Origin: Camelus ferus
Lineage: Eukaryota
NCBI RefSeq assembly: GCF_009834535.1
Contig: NC_045715.1
Coordinates: forward strand, 20,460,001-20,524,000
DNA: 64,000 nucleotides
Direction of reading: 5' to 3'
Shown here: in pieces, positions 25,323-38,668 of the stretch
How positions within the stretch are numbered: the first letter of the stretch is position 1
How the letters are laid out: each line of letters opens with the position of its first letter
Notes under the pieces: model-generated
Databases searched by the model: none
The model's input: the letters and a program-made list of their open reading frames with translations, nothing else
Told to the model about the DNA's origin: nothing
Program-made: the position numbers and the translations under genes

Positions 25323-28300
25323 TTAGGGACTGTCAGATAACTCTTCCTGGGGCAGGAAAACTTCAGGATCAGCTAGCTGGGGCCCCAGAGGCTTCACTTG
25401 GGCCAAGATGTCCCGGATGGAGCGACAGGGGATCTTTCCAGGGCTCCTGGGGCCACAGGGCTTCGCACCAGCTGATGGATCAGGTTGGGGAGAGCCGACG
25501 GGACCCCCACTCAATGATGAGGAGGAGACAGAAATGCAGGGGTGACCGGAGGAGCTGGACTTGCTGCCACAGGGCTGAAGGACGGTTTTGCCACTGGATT
25601 GGGAGCTGGAGCTGCCACTGAAGGAGCCAGTGCCTGGCGGGGAGCAGGGCCCCTGGGAAACACCGCCACAGGGATGGAAGGATGAACCAGAACTGCTGGA
25701 AAGGCTCGAACTGCTGTGGACTCCAGAGCTAGGGAGGGAGCAGGGCCCCTTGGAGCCAACACCACAGAGCCGGACCCCACCAGAGCCCACTGGGTGGAGC
25801 ACAACGGTCGAGGAACCTCCCGACTGGTAGATGTTAGAGCTTGAAGAGCTGTGGCTGGGGATGATGGGATTGCTGGAGAAGTATTTGCCCTCAGAGATGG
25901 GGGGCCCAGCTGCAAAGGAGGGGGCCCCTGGAGAACCTTTGACAGGGTTATCTTTGGTGAAGTAGCCCACGGGGTAGATTTTGCCCCCACTGTAGGTCAT
26001 GCCTGGGACCAGATAACTGTCAGAAGAGCCACCCACCACCTCGTAGCTACCGTATTGGTTTACAGAGGTGATGGGGGGGCAGGGCTTCCCTGGAAGGCCA
26101 TCACTGCTACAGGGGACTCCGGGGCCACCAGAGCCATGCTGCTCCACCACCACCACGACAGGCCTTTTACTCTCAGATACGGAGTGGGAGCTGGTGATGA
26201 TGGGCCCCCCACTGCAGGGAGAGTCAGGGACATCAGAACTACAGGGGCGCTGGTTGGAGTTGACCTTTTGGCCACCGCTGCTGGACAACCAGGAGGTTTG
26301 GGAAACAGAAGAACTTAAGCCTCCTCCAGACTGGGAGCTGATGCTTCCCGACTGGGAGCTGATGCTTCCCGAGTGGGAGGAGGCAGAGGCACTTTGTAGA
26401 CTAGAGCTAGATCCAGAAGAGTAACTGATCTGGGAATACCCTGTTCCCGGCTTAAATAACAAAGATCCTGAAGAACCACCATGAACAACACTGGAGCCAC
26501 TGGAGCCACCACTGGAGCCACTGGAGCCACCACTGGAACCACTGGAGCCACCACTGAAACCACTTGAGCCACTGGAGCCGCCACTGGAGCCACTAGAGCC
26601 ACCACTGGAGCCACTGGAACTGGAAACGGAGCTGCTGGAACTGCTGGAGCCACCTTTCCCCAGGAGACAGGGGTCATTGAGGGAGGTGATACGTGTAGGG
26701 TCCTTACAGGGGTCTGAGAAGGTCCCGATGCTCTTGGCCATGGTCCCTAGGGAGGAAAGCAGTGGTTAGCAAGGGCCAGAGAGGCTGGGCTGTCTCCCTC
26801 CCCTCTCAGGCCCACCTCAGTCATCTTCTACTCTGGTCTCTCCCTAGAGGAGCCCAGGGAATCAAGGAAAGTGAGATGGCAGGAGAGGAGAGGTGGGAAG
26901 GAAGACAATCATCTACCAGAGAAAAAGAAAATGAGGCTCCAAAGCAGGAGGCCTCGGAGGAAGATAAGAGAGAACAGAGAAGTGGCAGGAACAAAGAGGT
27001 CTAAAAGAAAGGACAACCTCTGGGAGGTGGAGGCATAAATCTCAAGGGAAGAAATCCCAGCCAGACTGTGGGACCAAGTGGAAGGGGAAGATGGGTGGGG
27101 GCCAGGATGTAGGGGCATGCACTGTTGCTTCAGAACCTGCTGGTACCAGCATGACCAGACACCTCACCCTGAGCCACCCCTGCTCTCCTGGCCCAGCCCA
27201 GGGACCGTGGGATGAAACCTTCCTCCGAGGCCACTGGCCTCTCTATACTGCCCTCTCTCCCCGCCCAGTCATCCCAGCACACAGCTGCCTGTCCCCAGGC
27301 CCACGTCTGGCCACTCCTGCCTTTACTTCTTTCCTGAACTGACCCTTTGCTCCTAACCCAGGCTCACTTTCCCGCATGCTCCCTCTGCTCTGCACCTCAA
27401 CCCTCTCAGCTCCCAGGGGCGTGGACAGAGCCACATACTTCAGCTTGTACATTGGAGAGGCTGGATCTGCCCTGCCTCCCTCGCGGTGTTACTGTGAGCA
27501 CTAAATGTGATCATCTCTGCAGAAGGTTCTTTACAAAAACATTGAGCACTAGCCACTAAGACTTATTACTGACACTCCTCCTAGACCCCTCCACCTACAA
27601 CCAGGTCTCCACAATCTGTGAAGTTCCCACTCTTAAAAAGAAATTCCATGCTTCCACCTCCACACCAACCCCCAACTCTGCCTGCAGCCCCCTCCACTCG
27701 GCTGCACGAATCATCTAGCACCCCCGCTGTCCTCTCTACTCCCCGGAGGCCACACAGCCTGCTGGGGGGCCACGGGCAAGATCACCAGTGTCAACAGCAC
27801 AGGCCCTGGAGTCACCCAGCCTGGGGTTTGGATCCCAGCTTAACCGCTTTCTAACTTGTGACCTTGAGTCAGTTTCCCACCCTCTCCAAACCCCTGTGTC
27901 CTCGTGTGTAGAGTGAGAATAAGAAATCTCTCAAATCGTTCTTCTAATAATCAAAAGGGCTGATGTATTTAAAGTGCTAGTTCAGTGTCTGGCACATTAA
28001 AGGGGCTCTATGAATGGTAGCAGTTATTATGAGTATTAAATATGCACTTTTCTAGCACTCTAATAATAATACTAATTCTAATAATAACAACCACCACCAA
28101 CATTATATAACCCTCTAGAATTTCCAAAGCACTGTCGCATCCATTATTTAATTAGAGACTCACAGAGAAACAGCAGCTAGGTGCTAACATTTACCTCATT
28201 TTAGAATTTCAGAAACAGAGGCTCACCCAGATTACAAAATTCTAGGTTTATAGGGAAGAATTCGGCCTGCAGTAATGGTCAGTAAAAATGACCAGATTTA

Positions 28301-29033
28301 CACACCACAGAAACTTGTAAAGGGAGACAAAGCAGTAGTGGAGGCGGGAAAGGCTCATAAACAAACTTGTCCAGAAGCAGAAATCCAGAGCTTCCTGCTC
28401 TTGAATAGCAAAGCTCAGCTAAGATAAAGCAAGTTAGTGGATGAAGCAAAATAAGTTATTCAGCCAAACTAAGACTTTTGTTACAGTCATTCAGGAAAGA
28501 GCAAAACCCACTACAAACAATTGTCTACCATGGACAGAGGCTGGCCGTAAAGCAGTGAATCTGTCACTCAGGGCTCACCAGTGCAGCTGAGACTACACTG
28601 CAGGGCTTAAGTTTCAAAGGGGTGATAATAAATGGATTAAGACAATAAAGTTTTATAAGTACGAACCTAAAAAAAGAAAAAAAAGGAAAAAAAGGAAAAG
28701 TAGAAGAAATTGAGGCTCAGAAATTTTAACTTGCCTGAGGTGCCAAGGCAATGACGAGCAAAACCCAGACTCAAGCATCAGATTTCAGAGCTGCCCCCTC
28801 CCAGCTGGCTGGGTCCCCTCCAGGATGCTCCTCACACAGTGGCATCCCTCCCAACCCCAGCTCCCTCCAGCCTTCCTGGACCTAGTGTCTGCATCCCTCC
28901 CTCCCTTCTCTCCCCACTCTCCCTGCGCCCAGGGTCCCCCACTCCTACCTTGCAGGAGGAGACCGGCCAGCAGCAGAGCCAGCATCCCTCGCCCTCCCAC
29001 ACGCCCTATCTGGGATGCTCTCGAAGAGCCCAT
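25323..29033 (-). CDS. CDSN: Corneodesmosin, 502 aa; exons 29033-28949 and 26746-25323
   Basis: Exon 1 is [28 protein letters not shown] with a G|GTAGGA donor. Acceptor TTTCCTCCCTAG at 26747. 85+1424=1509 nt in frame. Motifs [39 protein letters not shown] and [24 protein letters not shown] match corneodesmosin. Confidence 0.98.
26490..26620 (-). repeat. Coding minisatellite in CDSN exon 2: about 6 copies of a 21-nt unit encoding SSGSSGG
   Basis: The plus strand shows repeated CCACTGGAGCCACTGGAGCCA. Confidence 0.9.
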
Positions 29034-30722
29034 CTTGGACCTTGCGGCCTTCTGACTGACAGCAGCTCGTGGACACCCAGGGCCTTTATGCCAGGGCTGG
29101 ACATTCTCTGGTCAGGAGTCATGTGGGGAGGGGAGGAGAGGCGGAGGGATAGGTGCCTGGGGGAAGTTGGTGTGCCGGGAGGAGCTGAAGTAATCAGCTC
29201 GAGCATCTGCCTACTCAGCAGCAGAGATGGCTGCCATTGGGGTACCGGGGCCACCTGGCTGGCCTGCCCCTCATTGCCTAACTCGGAACCAGGCGCTCTG
29301 CCTCTACAGCCTCCCACTCTGGGGCGGCCACTCTCACCAAGGGGCCCAGGTGCCTGGCTCCCTCACTCTCCTGCCTTCCCCAGGTTTGACCTGCCTGACT
29401 CCCTATCCTTCCTCCATGCACAAGACATGGACATTTCAACTTTCCCTTCCACACCAGGTACCTGCTGCAGCCCCTACCCCGCCACATGGTTAACCCCACC
29501 TGGGTTCCCATCCACAGCCTCTAGATCTGCCCTTCTCCTTGGGACCCATCCATCACTCAGCCTCCGCTGTCCTCCTCCAGATATAAAGATCTGCACCCCA
29601 AACTGAGTGCCCCACTGCTGTCACTGCCCAAGTACCGTCTGGGCCACACAGCTATAATGTGCTCCATCAGTGAGTGTGCCTTCAGAGTCTGCACTCCAAA
29701 ACCAGTTCCCTGACCTCTCCCTTCCGGGGGGTGCTCCAGGGACAGCAGGTGAGGTGCTAGACACCAGGGCCTCAGCCCAGGGGCAGGCCTGGGCTGGGGA
29801 CCCCTGTCATAGCTGGGCCTGGGTTACTCACAGGCCACTCATAGCCCCTCCCCCGGGGTGACCCTGACTGCAGTGGGTGAGCAAGAGGCTAATGAGACTA
29901 AATGGGAAGGTGGTGGCCCTGCCGCCCATTAGCTGGCCGCCTGGCCTGGATGAGCGAACAGGAAGCAGCCAGCTCGTGCCTGGGTTGTGGATTGCATATG
30001 CTGTATTTATCAACTAAAGAAAAGACACAAGTAAAGTAAATCATTCATCACATTTATTATAAAGAAATAGTATTTTAACTTTGTTCAAGTATGTGGTCAT
30101 TCGCTCCTATTAGAGTAAAAAATACAGTCAATTATTATCAGTTTGTATATCTTAAGATATTCCATATAATTTTGTTTTAGATTTAGATGCATAAAATTTT
30201 GAACGTGAAAATTGCAGCGCATTTTAAAACATGGGGAGGGGGATAGTTTCCTATGTTCTGTGTTAATTCATTTTCTTTTGCCATATGAATTTACATGTAA
30301 TGTAGTCAAGCATACTGTGAATAGATTTGTCTATAATAGAAAAAAAAAAAGGTAAAGGAGGGTCAGCAGACTCCCAGGTCCCTAAAGGATGAAGGACCAG
30401 AGCCCTGAGATCTGCTAAGAGGGGGGCGGTTCCTCCTCCATCGCATTCCCCTCCATCCTGCTTTGATCCTGGCCCCACCCCAGCCAATTAATTGCTCAGT
30501 GGTATTGCAGAGAGAGTATCAGTATCGGAGGGAGGGGCCTGGGAGTCAGGCTCTCTGTCCTCCTCCCCCAGGCCCACCCAGCCCTCTCCCTGCTCCCCTC
30601 CCCCAGACTCTCATTTCTATACCTGCTCAGACTCCTCACAGAGGCAGCCCTACCCTGGAGCCCTCTCCTCGGCTGGTTTCTGCCTTTCTTTCCATCTCCT
30701 GTTCTGCTTCTGAGCCCAGCCC

Positions 30723-30895
30723 AGCACTGTCCATAGAACTTTCTGTCTGTGCTGTCCAATACAGCAGCCACCTGTGGCTACTGAGCATGTGAAATGAGGC
30801 TAGTGTGACCAAAGGGAGAAACTGAATTTATCATTTTACTTAATTTAATTAATTTAGATGTAAATAGCCACATGCGGCTAGTAGTTACCTTCTAA
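30723..30895. mobile_element. MER3-like hAT-Charlie MITE
   Basis: CAGCACTGTCCATAGAACTTTCTG...GCTGTCCAATACAGCAGCCACCTGTGGCTACTGAGCATGTGAAATG...ATAGCCACATGCGGCTAGTAG. Confidence 0.75.
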
Positions 30896-31164
30896 TCCAG
30901 CCCTTGACAGTCTGCTAGCACCCACAATGGGAGTGGAAGGGAGAGGGTCTGTGGGAGCTCTGGGGACAGGGAGTGATGAGACAGTGTCCCCTGAAGAGGG
31001 TTGGTGCAGGGAGGAGGGAAAAAGAAAAACAACACTGGTTTGAGAATCAGTATAACCTGGGTTCAAGTTCCAGCTAACCTCCTGGCTTTGGGCAACTCAC
31101 CAAACCTTTCTGAACTTCAGTGTTCTCATCTGTAAAATGGGAATCTTATAATTTATGCCTACCT

Positions 31165-31277
31165 GGGGGTGGGGGTGGGTATAGCTCAGTGTTAGAGCAC
31201 GTGCTTAGCATGTACCAGATCCTAGGTTTAAGCCCCAGTACCTCCATTTTTAAAAATTAAAAATAAAAATAAACAAA
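31165..31277 (+). mobile_element. tRNA-derived SINE (Vic-1-like) with TSD TTATGCCTA
   Basis: A and B boxes plus an A-tail. TTATGCCTA at 31153-31161 and 31278-31286. Confidence 0.9.
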
Positions 31278-32479
31278 TTATGCCTAGCTTGCAGGACTAT
31301 TATGAGGATCAAATAGGAAATTACCAGAAAGATTAAATGGACAAATTTATGGTTACAAGGAGGAAAGGGGATGGGAAGGGATAAATTGGGAGTTTGAGAT
31401 TTGCAAATATTAACTACTATATGTAAAAATAGATTTAAAAAACAAATTTTTTTCTGTATAGCACGGAATGTGCTCACCCACAGCCCCAGGCCCTCTCTGG
31501 AGCCTCCAGTCCAGCTGAGCTAAAGAATTTCCCCTGCCCACCCCCACCCTCTGCAGAGCAGCAGTCACACCATGCACACAGGGGTGCTATTTAAAATGAT
31601 GTTGCTCCTTCTGAAAGTCAGTTCCTCCCTAGACTCTCAGGCCCCACTGGCTCTGTTTCCAGTGGGGAAGGAGGGAGGGGCCCTGGGAGCCTTGTGGGTG
31701 GGGTGAAGAGGAGGCACAGCCGGCCCTGTGGGATACCCTTTTCCAGCACAAACAGGTGGCGATGCTTGTCTTGTTTTCTTCCTCCCATCCCTCCCAAGGA
31801 TGCTGTCAGACCTGGGCCAGGACAGCCAGGGCCGAAGGAGGCACAGTCTCTCTGGGCTTCTTGCCATATCTCCTGCCACCCACACAGCCCAGTGGTGTGG
31901 CCACATTCCTCCTCCCAACTGCTGTCCTCCTGTCCACCCCATCCACCTGGTCCACCCATCCCCCCGGTCCACCCATCCCACCACCCATGTCTGCCCCATT
32001 CCCTCGCTGCCTGCCCACACGTGGGCCCTCTGAATGCCTCTCCTCAGCTCTCCCTCCTTCTTACTGAAATCAGCCTTGATGTATTTTACTCTGCTGTGTC
32101 CCTGGGTCTCCTCTCAGCTCACACAGCAAAGATCTGAAGCTAATGAGGCCAAGGATGGCGGGGGAGGGACATTTGCCGAGTGCCCACCCAAACCAAGACC
32201 ACCTTCTGGGATGCTCACCAGTTAGACACCGCCCGGGTGGTGCAGATGCGTCTGCTGTGTTCCCTAGCCACAAAGTCTACCCCAAACCCCGCCAATGAGT
32301 GAGAGAGTGAGGGTGGCCCCAGGCAGCCCCCCACCAGACAAAACCCAGCTTAAAGTACGTGCCTTCTATAAGCAGGAGACCTCAGGCCCCTGCCCCATAT
32401 CTGAAGAAGGCTGATTGCGTCCACTCCAAGCCACCCTGGCTGCTCTGTGCTGCTGTGTTCTGCACGAGGCATTGGTTCG

Positions 32480-32950
32480 GTGCATGTGGTCCTGTGCTGG
32501 GCTCTGGAAGTTGCAACAAGGAGGAAGATGAACAGTCCTTGCCCTGGAGGGGCTGCAGTCCAGCCAAGAACGCAAAGCGCCAAGAGGAGGTTGGTGTGAA
32601 GAAAGAGGGCAGGCACTTGGCTTCAAGGAGGTGGCCGGACTTCCCCTGGGACCTTGAGGAGTATGTTGAGAAGAACAGGGAGCAGGTGGCTCAGACTGAG
32701 GGCCTTGGCGGTGCTGAAGGTAAATTTAGAAGGAGCGCTGGCTTGGGTTGGCGTGGGACATGCACACGCAGAGGAACAGCGGGTTTGGAGAGTGGACAGG
32801 CTGCGTGGTGGCCCAGCACGGGAGGTGATTGTGACACCGGGCTGAAGGAGCGCACGGGAACCGAGCGGGAGCTGAATGCTCTCAGTGGGGAGGACCCGGG
32901 TCAGAGAGGAGTCTTTGGGGCAGAAAACCACCATTTCCTGACTGCCGACT
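32480..32950 (-). mobile_element. L2 LINE 3' remnant, CpG-enriched
   Basis: Reverse complement ends ...CTGCAGCCCCTCCAGGGCAAGGACTGTTCATCTTC...CTTCCAGAGCCCAGCACAGG, which resembles the L2 3' terminus. Confidence 0.6.
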
Positions 32951-35900
32951 GTGGGCCACATATCATCCTATGTACTTGACATGTGCTCTGGTGTTTAATC
33001 CTAGCCCTACAGGTCAGTGTTTTTAATCCCGCATTTCACAGATGACAAAACTGAGTTAAAATTATTTGCCCAAACCAGCTGGTAACAAGCCAAAGAGTTT
33101 GGAAAGGACTCAGACCCAATCCACACAGGTCCCATTTCTCCGTGTAGCTTACACCATGCCGTAAATTAATGGCTGGGGCCCATGGGCTGACTTCAGGTTC
33201 CTTAAGCCCTGTAAGAATGTGTACAAATTCCTGTGCGTCATCAAAGTCTCAGAGGTTAAGTCCTGAGTGAGAAAGTCTCTCCCACTCAACATTTTCTCCC
33301 CTGCATTTCACCCAGGGCCTAAAAGTCCGGACAGACGTTCTAGAACAGGTGTTCCATGCAGGGGTTCTTGGCAGACCTCAGGCATAGGCTTGAGAGAGGG
33401 AGAAAGGGAGTGAAAAAAATAGGAAGAGGAAAGGCCTGAAAGGTTATTTTGTGGTGGGCAGAGGTAGAGAGGCCCCCCCGGGCCACCCTGGGCTCCAGGA
33501 CCTGCGGGCTCTCCCTCCTCTGCACCCGGCTCTGCTCTGCTCCAGTCAAAGCTGTTTTCCTCTCCTGCTCTCTCTCTCTCCCTCTGCCTGTGGTGGGCTC
33601 ATCCCTCCCTCACACGGGGGAGCCAACACTCTGGATCCAATCCCAGGAGGGTCGACCCCCTGAGTTGTTTCTCCCATGGCGGGGATGGGTGGCCCTGAGT
33701 CATCCACACTCTCCACCTGGTCCCTCTCAGGACCCAGAACATAGAAGGAGAGGATGCATTTACATTCGGAGGTTCCTACCCACTCAGAGCTGGATGGCCC
33801 CTCCTTCGCCCAGGTGTGCCCGTAGGACTGGCTGAACTTCATTCAGTTTAGTCTCCCCTTCTCTACCTGCCTCTGGAGTTCCTTCCCTGGGGTAGACGAT
33901 CAAGGCCGAATCCACATTCCACCTGGTCTGACTCCTTTACCCTCTCCTCAGATAGATTCTGCAGTACATCATCTACGCAGCCCCTGCCTGGCCTCAAAAT
34001 GCCACCAAACCTTTCGGCCCTGGACTGTAAGGCTCCATGGCAGGGGGCAAAACACATGTCTGTCCACTGAATCCCAAGCACTTAGGCACTTGGCGATTTT
34101 TTGGAAAGAAAGAATGAATGAACATGTCCAGGTCACCCTCCCCTCTTCTGCCTTTGTCTGGACCACATCTTCTTCCTCTGTTTCATGCCCTCCACCCCTC
34201 CCCACGTCTACTACTTGCAAAGATCACTAGAGGTGCTGGCAGGGATACACCAATGGCCAAAGCTTGGCCTTCAAGAATGCTTGGTCTAGCCGGGCAGGGG
34301 CAGCAGGCTCATGAACTTGGCTCTGACGCAGAGCCACTCGCCCGTGCTCTCTCGTGGGCCTGCCTGTCCCGCCCTCATTCCTCATGGTTGACTCTTCTCC
34401 CTTGAGCCTCTCTTCTCTCCCCTGGATGAGCTCTGTCCTCTGCAGGAGGCAGCACACTTCCATTGACAAACAGCAGAGCTCACGTGGCTGCGATGAGGAA
34501 GTACTGGGATTTCCCCTGGACAAGGCTTTGATTTGATGCTGGGGTGGGGTAGGCAGTGCTATGTCCTTACAAAAATCCCCAAGGTGATTCATTTAGGGAA
34601 TCTCACCCCAGCACAACATGTTGCCTCTAGCTGAGAATCACGGCTCTGGAGAGCAGTCTCCACCCCATCAAAATACATCTACTTCCTCAAATCTACTCAG
34701 TGGCGTGGTCCATACTCAGCCACACCTTCTTTCTTCTCCATTTGGCTCCCTGGGCCATCACTCTCTCCTCTAGGACTGACCTCCTGGAACTTGGCCTGGA
34801 CAGTATCCACATTTGCTTTCCCCTGGCCCTGTTCTCACCATCTTAGCAGCCCCACTAGCAACTTCCAATGGACGAAGGGCACCGCAGCTGGGACATGGGA
34901 GTGAGGGCTGGGGTCAGAGCCAGGGCCATCTTCAGCCAGTGAATCCTGCAGAGGAAGATGTGGCAGGTGGGAGCTCTGCCCACCAGGCTATCTGTACCCC
35001 CACTCCTGTTTCCTTTCCCTCCTCCCCCATCCTTCTCCCTTCCCACCAATTCCTGCAAACAATAGGGAGTCAGCTGAGTGACAGTCATGGTCCTTGGGTT
35101 CAAGACTTCATCGCTTTGTTTAAGTCACATCTGATTTGGCCACCAGCCCTCTTGTCTCATGAGGAGGTGCATGTGGAGGCTGTGATTAGCTCTTAGAGTA
35201 ACAATAATATTTTTCATCCTCTCTGCTCTGTGGAACAAGTGTTAGAGAAACCAGCACTCATTGTCTGCTCATGATGCTCACCTATTAAATAGTCATTGTT
35301 TCCCACAGTCGCTATTAATGCATTTTATTGTTATTGGTCACCCAGAATAGAGACCCAGCTCCCTCCTGATCCAGCAGGAGATGGTGAGAGAGAACCGGGA
35401 CACAGTCTGAATGTGCTTTCAGGAGAGGCTGGAAGGACTTCTGCTAAGCAGGGTGTGGCCCTCAGAGCTTCTGGGGGTAGGATCAGCGTCTTCTCCCCTC
35501 CTTCCAGCCTGTCTAAATCCCTCTGGCTGAGAGTATCTCATAGGCAGGGAGCTTCCCCCAGTGTGTCCCTGGCACCTGATGCATCACCTGCACACACAGG
35601 TGACCAGGAAACCCAGAATCCTACTGGAGACACTGGCATCCCGTGCCCAGCTCTGTTCTCTGGGACCCCAGGACCAGAACCAGAGAAGGACACTGACTCC
35701 CTGACTCCTTGACAGTGTGTATCCATCAGCTGGTCACAAACATCTGCACATAGGGGATGGATCTTGATTCCCTCAATGCTTCTAGGAGACAGAAATTATT
35801 ATTTATCCTTTGGAGCTGCAGACGCAAGTTCAGGGTGTGAAGATGATGTCTACTACCAGTAGCCGGGGACTTTACCCAGAATCCTGATGCGGTATTCTGC

Positions 35901-36079
35901 ACACAGCACCAAGCTAGCTTTTCCTCTTCTCCTTGGGTATTTACATGACCCAACTCAGTCCCTCATTTCATGCAGTCCTGGTGGAAGCCCTCCCTGACTT
36001 CCCTATTAAAACTGTGCTCCACTTCATCCCCACACTTATGACTGTTTCCTTCCTCTGCCTTATTTTTCTTCATTGCCCC

Positions 36080-36207
36080 TTTTTGCGAGGGCGAGGGGGA
36101 GGTAATTAGGTTTATTTATTTATTTTTTAATGGAAGTACTGGGGATTGAACCCAGGACCTCCTGCATGCTCAGCATGCACTCTACCATTGAGCCCTCCCC
36201 TCCCCCC
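36080..36207 (-). mobile_element. tRNA-derived SINE (Vic-1-like)
   Basis: Reverse complement shows A and B boxes and an (AAAT)n-CCTAATTACCTCCCC tail. Confidence 0.9.
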
Positions 36208-37860
36208 TGTGTAGTTCTTATCTCCACAAGATATCCTATTACATACATCATGTATACATCTGCCTATTGTTCACTCCCCCCCCCCCCCAAGGTAAGCGCC
36301 TGCAGGCGAGGCCCTCCTCTCTGACTCACCGCTGTATCCACAGCTCTAGAGCACTTCCCGGCTCATGGAAGGAACTCAGTTGGCAATGAGAGAAAGAATA
36401 AGTAATGAAGGTGTGGACCACTCGGCCAAATAGCCTGTGCCTGAATTTCCCTTAGGTCGCCAGAGCCTTCCTCCTGTCACCCCAGGTGCCTGACTCACCT
36501 TAGAGGGGTCATCCTGGAGACTAAGAAGGGCTTGACCGAGTACCCGGGGAGTGGATAATGTTAGACGCCAAATGAGGACTCTGGAGGGAAACACCTTGGA
36601 GGAGTCTCTGTGCTGCCCTCTGGTGGTAGATCTTGGAATACCACAGACAAGGAATTTAGGCTATCAGCATTGCATGGGAATTTTAGAGATTATTGAAGAA
36701 ATCCCCTAGTCACATCCCAAGGCCACACAGAGAACAGATGGCAGAGTAGGAACAAGGACTTGAGTGACAGTCTGATGCTTTCATCATTACACGTTCTGTC
36801 TGTCCCCCTCACAGGGGCTGAAATTACACCACAGAACAGAAGGATGTTAGCTGGAAAAGCCTTAGGAGATGGGTTTGGTTTAATTCAACAAGTTATTTGA
36901 GCCAGTGCTAGGCACCTGGTGGGCACTTAATTAAAGATTAGGGTGATAAGTGTACAGTAAGAGAGCCTAAGTGTATACTAAAGCAAGTTTTTGGTCAAAT
37001 GAATTTGAAACATGAAATTGGCAGAGGAGTTAGGACTTCCCTCCTGGGATCCTACCTCAGGGTGTGCCCCTCTCTAATTTAACTTTTATCACATTTTATT
37101 GCCGTGATTTACATCTTTGTTTCCTTTCTAGACACAGAGATCCTTGACGGCAGGGAGGACCAAAACTTCTCCCTGGAATTGTCACCATCACCTAGCATCC
37201 CTAACAGTAGATGCTTAATAAATGATCATTATATGGAAAAATAGAGAAACAAATGAATGGTTTGGAGTTTCCCCCCACCCCAAAAAATCTTCAAAGGAGA
37301 ACAGACAATGTCTTTGAACTAGACATCTCTTCTGTCTAGCCCAAAGACATTATTTGCCTGTCCAAAGGCTGAGGGCTGTACCCAATGTTTTCTCAAGGTA
37401 ACTCAGCTTCTATAATTAGATTATACCATGATACTAGTTCTGGGTTCTATGTTCTCACTGGTTAAGCATTTATTGACTACCTGCCATGTCCAAAGTTCTG
37501 AGCTATTGTTCTCTAAGTCTGTGATCCTATTCTATTATATAATCCTATGACTCCATGTTGACATAAGATGCAGTGGTGTCCTCATTGCATTCACTCCTAG
37601 GTGGAGATCAGCCAAGGCGGATGGGAAAGAATCAGCATTGTCTAATCTGAATGGATAAACTGGCACAATGAGTTCCGCTGTGTCAGTTCCTTACCATTCA
37701 GTCCCACTCAGCCTCCTCCCATTTTTAGGTGCCAATACCTGCTGTCTATTAATAGGTATTAAAATCTCCAGTTTACTTCTTGCCTCCTCTTCCCTCTCCC
37801 ACTCACCCACCTCTTGTGTCAAACTGGGAAGAATTGTTTTGGAGCCTGCATCCAGTTTTG

Positions 37861-37996
37861 TTTGTTTGGGAGTGGGGGGTAATTAAGCTTATTTATTTAT
37901 TTATCTATTTATTTTTAATGGAGGTACTAGGGATTGAACCCCGGACCTCATGCATGCTGAGCAGGCACTCTACCACTGAGCTACACCCTCCCCATA
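37861..37996 (-). mobile_element. tRNA-derived SINE (Vic-1-like) with perfect 13-bp TSD
   Basis: GCATCCAGTTTTG at 37848-37860 and 37997-38009. Confidence 0.95.
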
Positions 37997-38668
37997 GCAT
38001 CCAGTTTTGACTTCGGCACTTGTGTTATGTCTTGGACAGGTGAGTTACCTCTGTTAACAGTAGTCTCTTCGTCTGTGAAATGGGGCTAATAATCTGAGCC
38101 AGGAACTAGGAGAGAAGTAAGACATCCGAAGACAGACAAAGCACAATCCCTGCCCTCAAGAAGCTCATACTTTACAAGGGGAGAGACATGGAAACCAACA
38201 TAATGCGGTGGCAATGAAGACCAAACCGCACAATATAAAGAGCCCTAGATCCTTTCCTGGGTTACATCAGGGACTCAGCTCTTTCCCTTACTTTCCCTCT
38301 CCTTTGAGAAATTTTTTCTCTTTCCATTCCCAATGAACTCCATCTCACTGGCTTGGGAAGTTGCTGAGGGTCAGTTTGAGGGGTCCAGATTTCTTCTTCC
38401 CTTCCATCCCATACTTCCCCACTGTGGTACACCCAGTTATGTCCGTGTGTCTCCCCACCACTGGGCTCAGTTCTAGCAGAGGAGAAAGACTGTCAGATAT
38501 GAGCTCCCGAGCCCTGGCACCAAGACCTCTAATTTCCCCCAACCTACCTGTCCAATGATATCTGCCTCTTCTCCAGACTACAGTCCCTTCACTCTAATCA
38601 TTTTGACCTACTCTCTCCTGCTCAAACTCACCATTCATTAATGAATTCAGCCATTCATAGATCATGTA

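Noticed and set aside
26490-26620. Regularly spaced short direct repeats that might suggest a CRISPR-like array
   Set aside because: Tandem coding repeats without unique spacers, in a mammalian exon.
25271-26677. Several 70-160-aa ORFs overlapping CDSN exon 2
   Set aside because: Alternative-frame and antisense shadows of a repetitive GC-rich coding exon.
32359-32979. 206-aa plus-strand ORF
   Set aside because: It lies antisense to an L2-like remnant, and high GC explains the lack of stops. No known protein similarity recognised.
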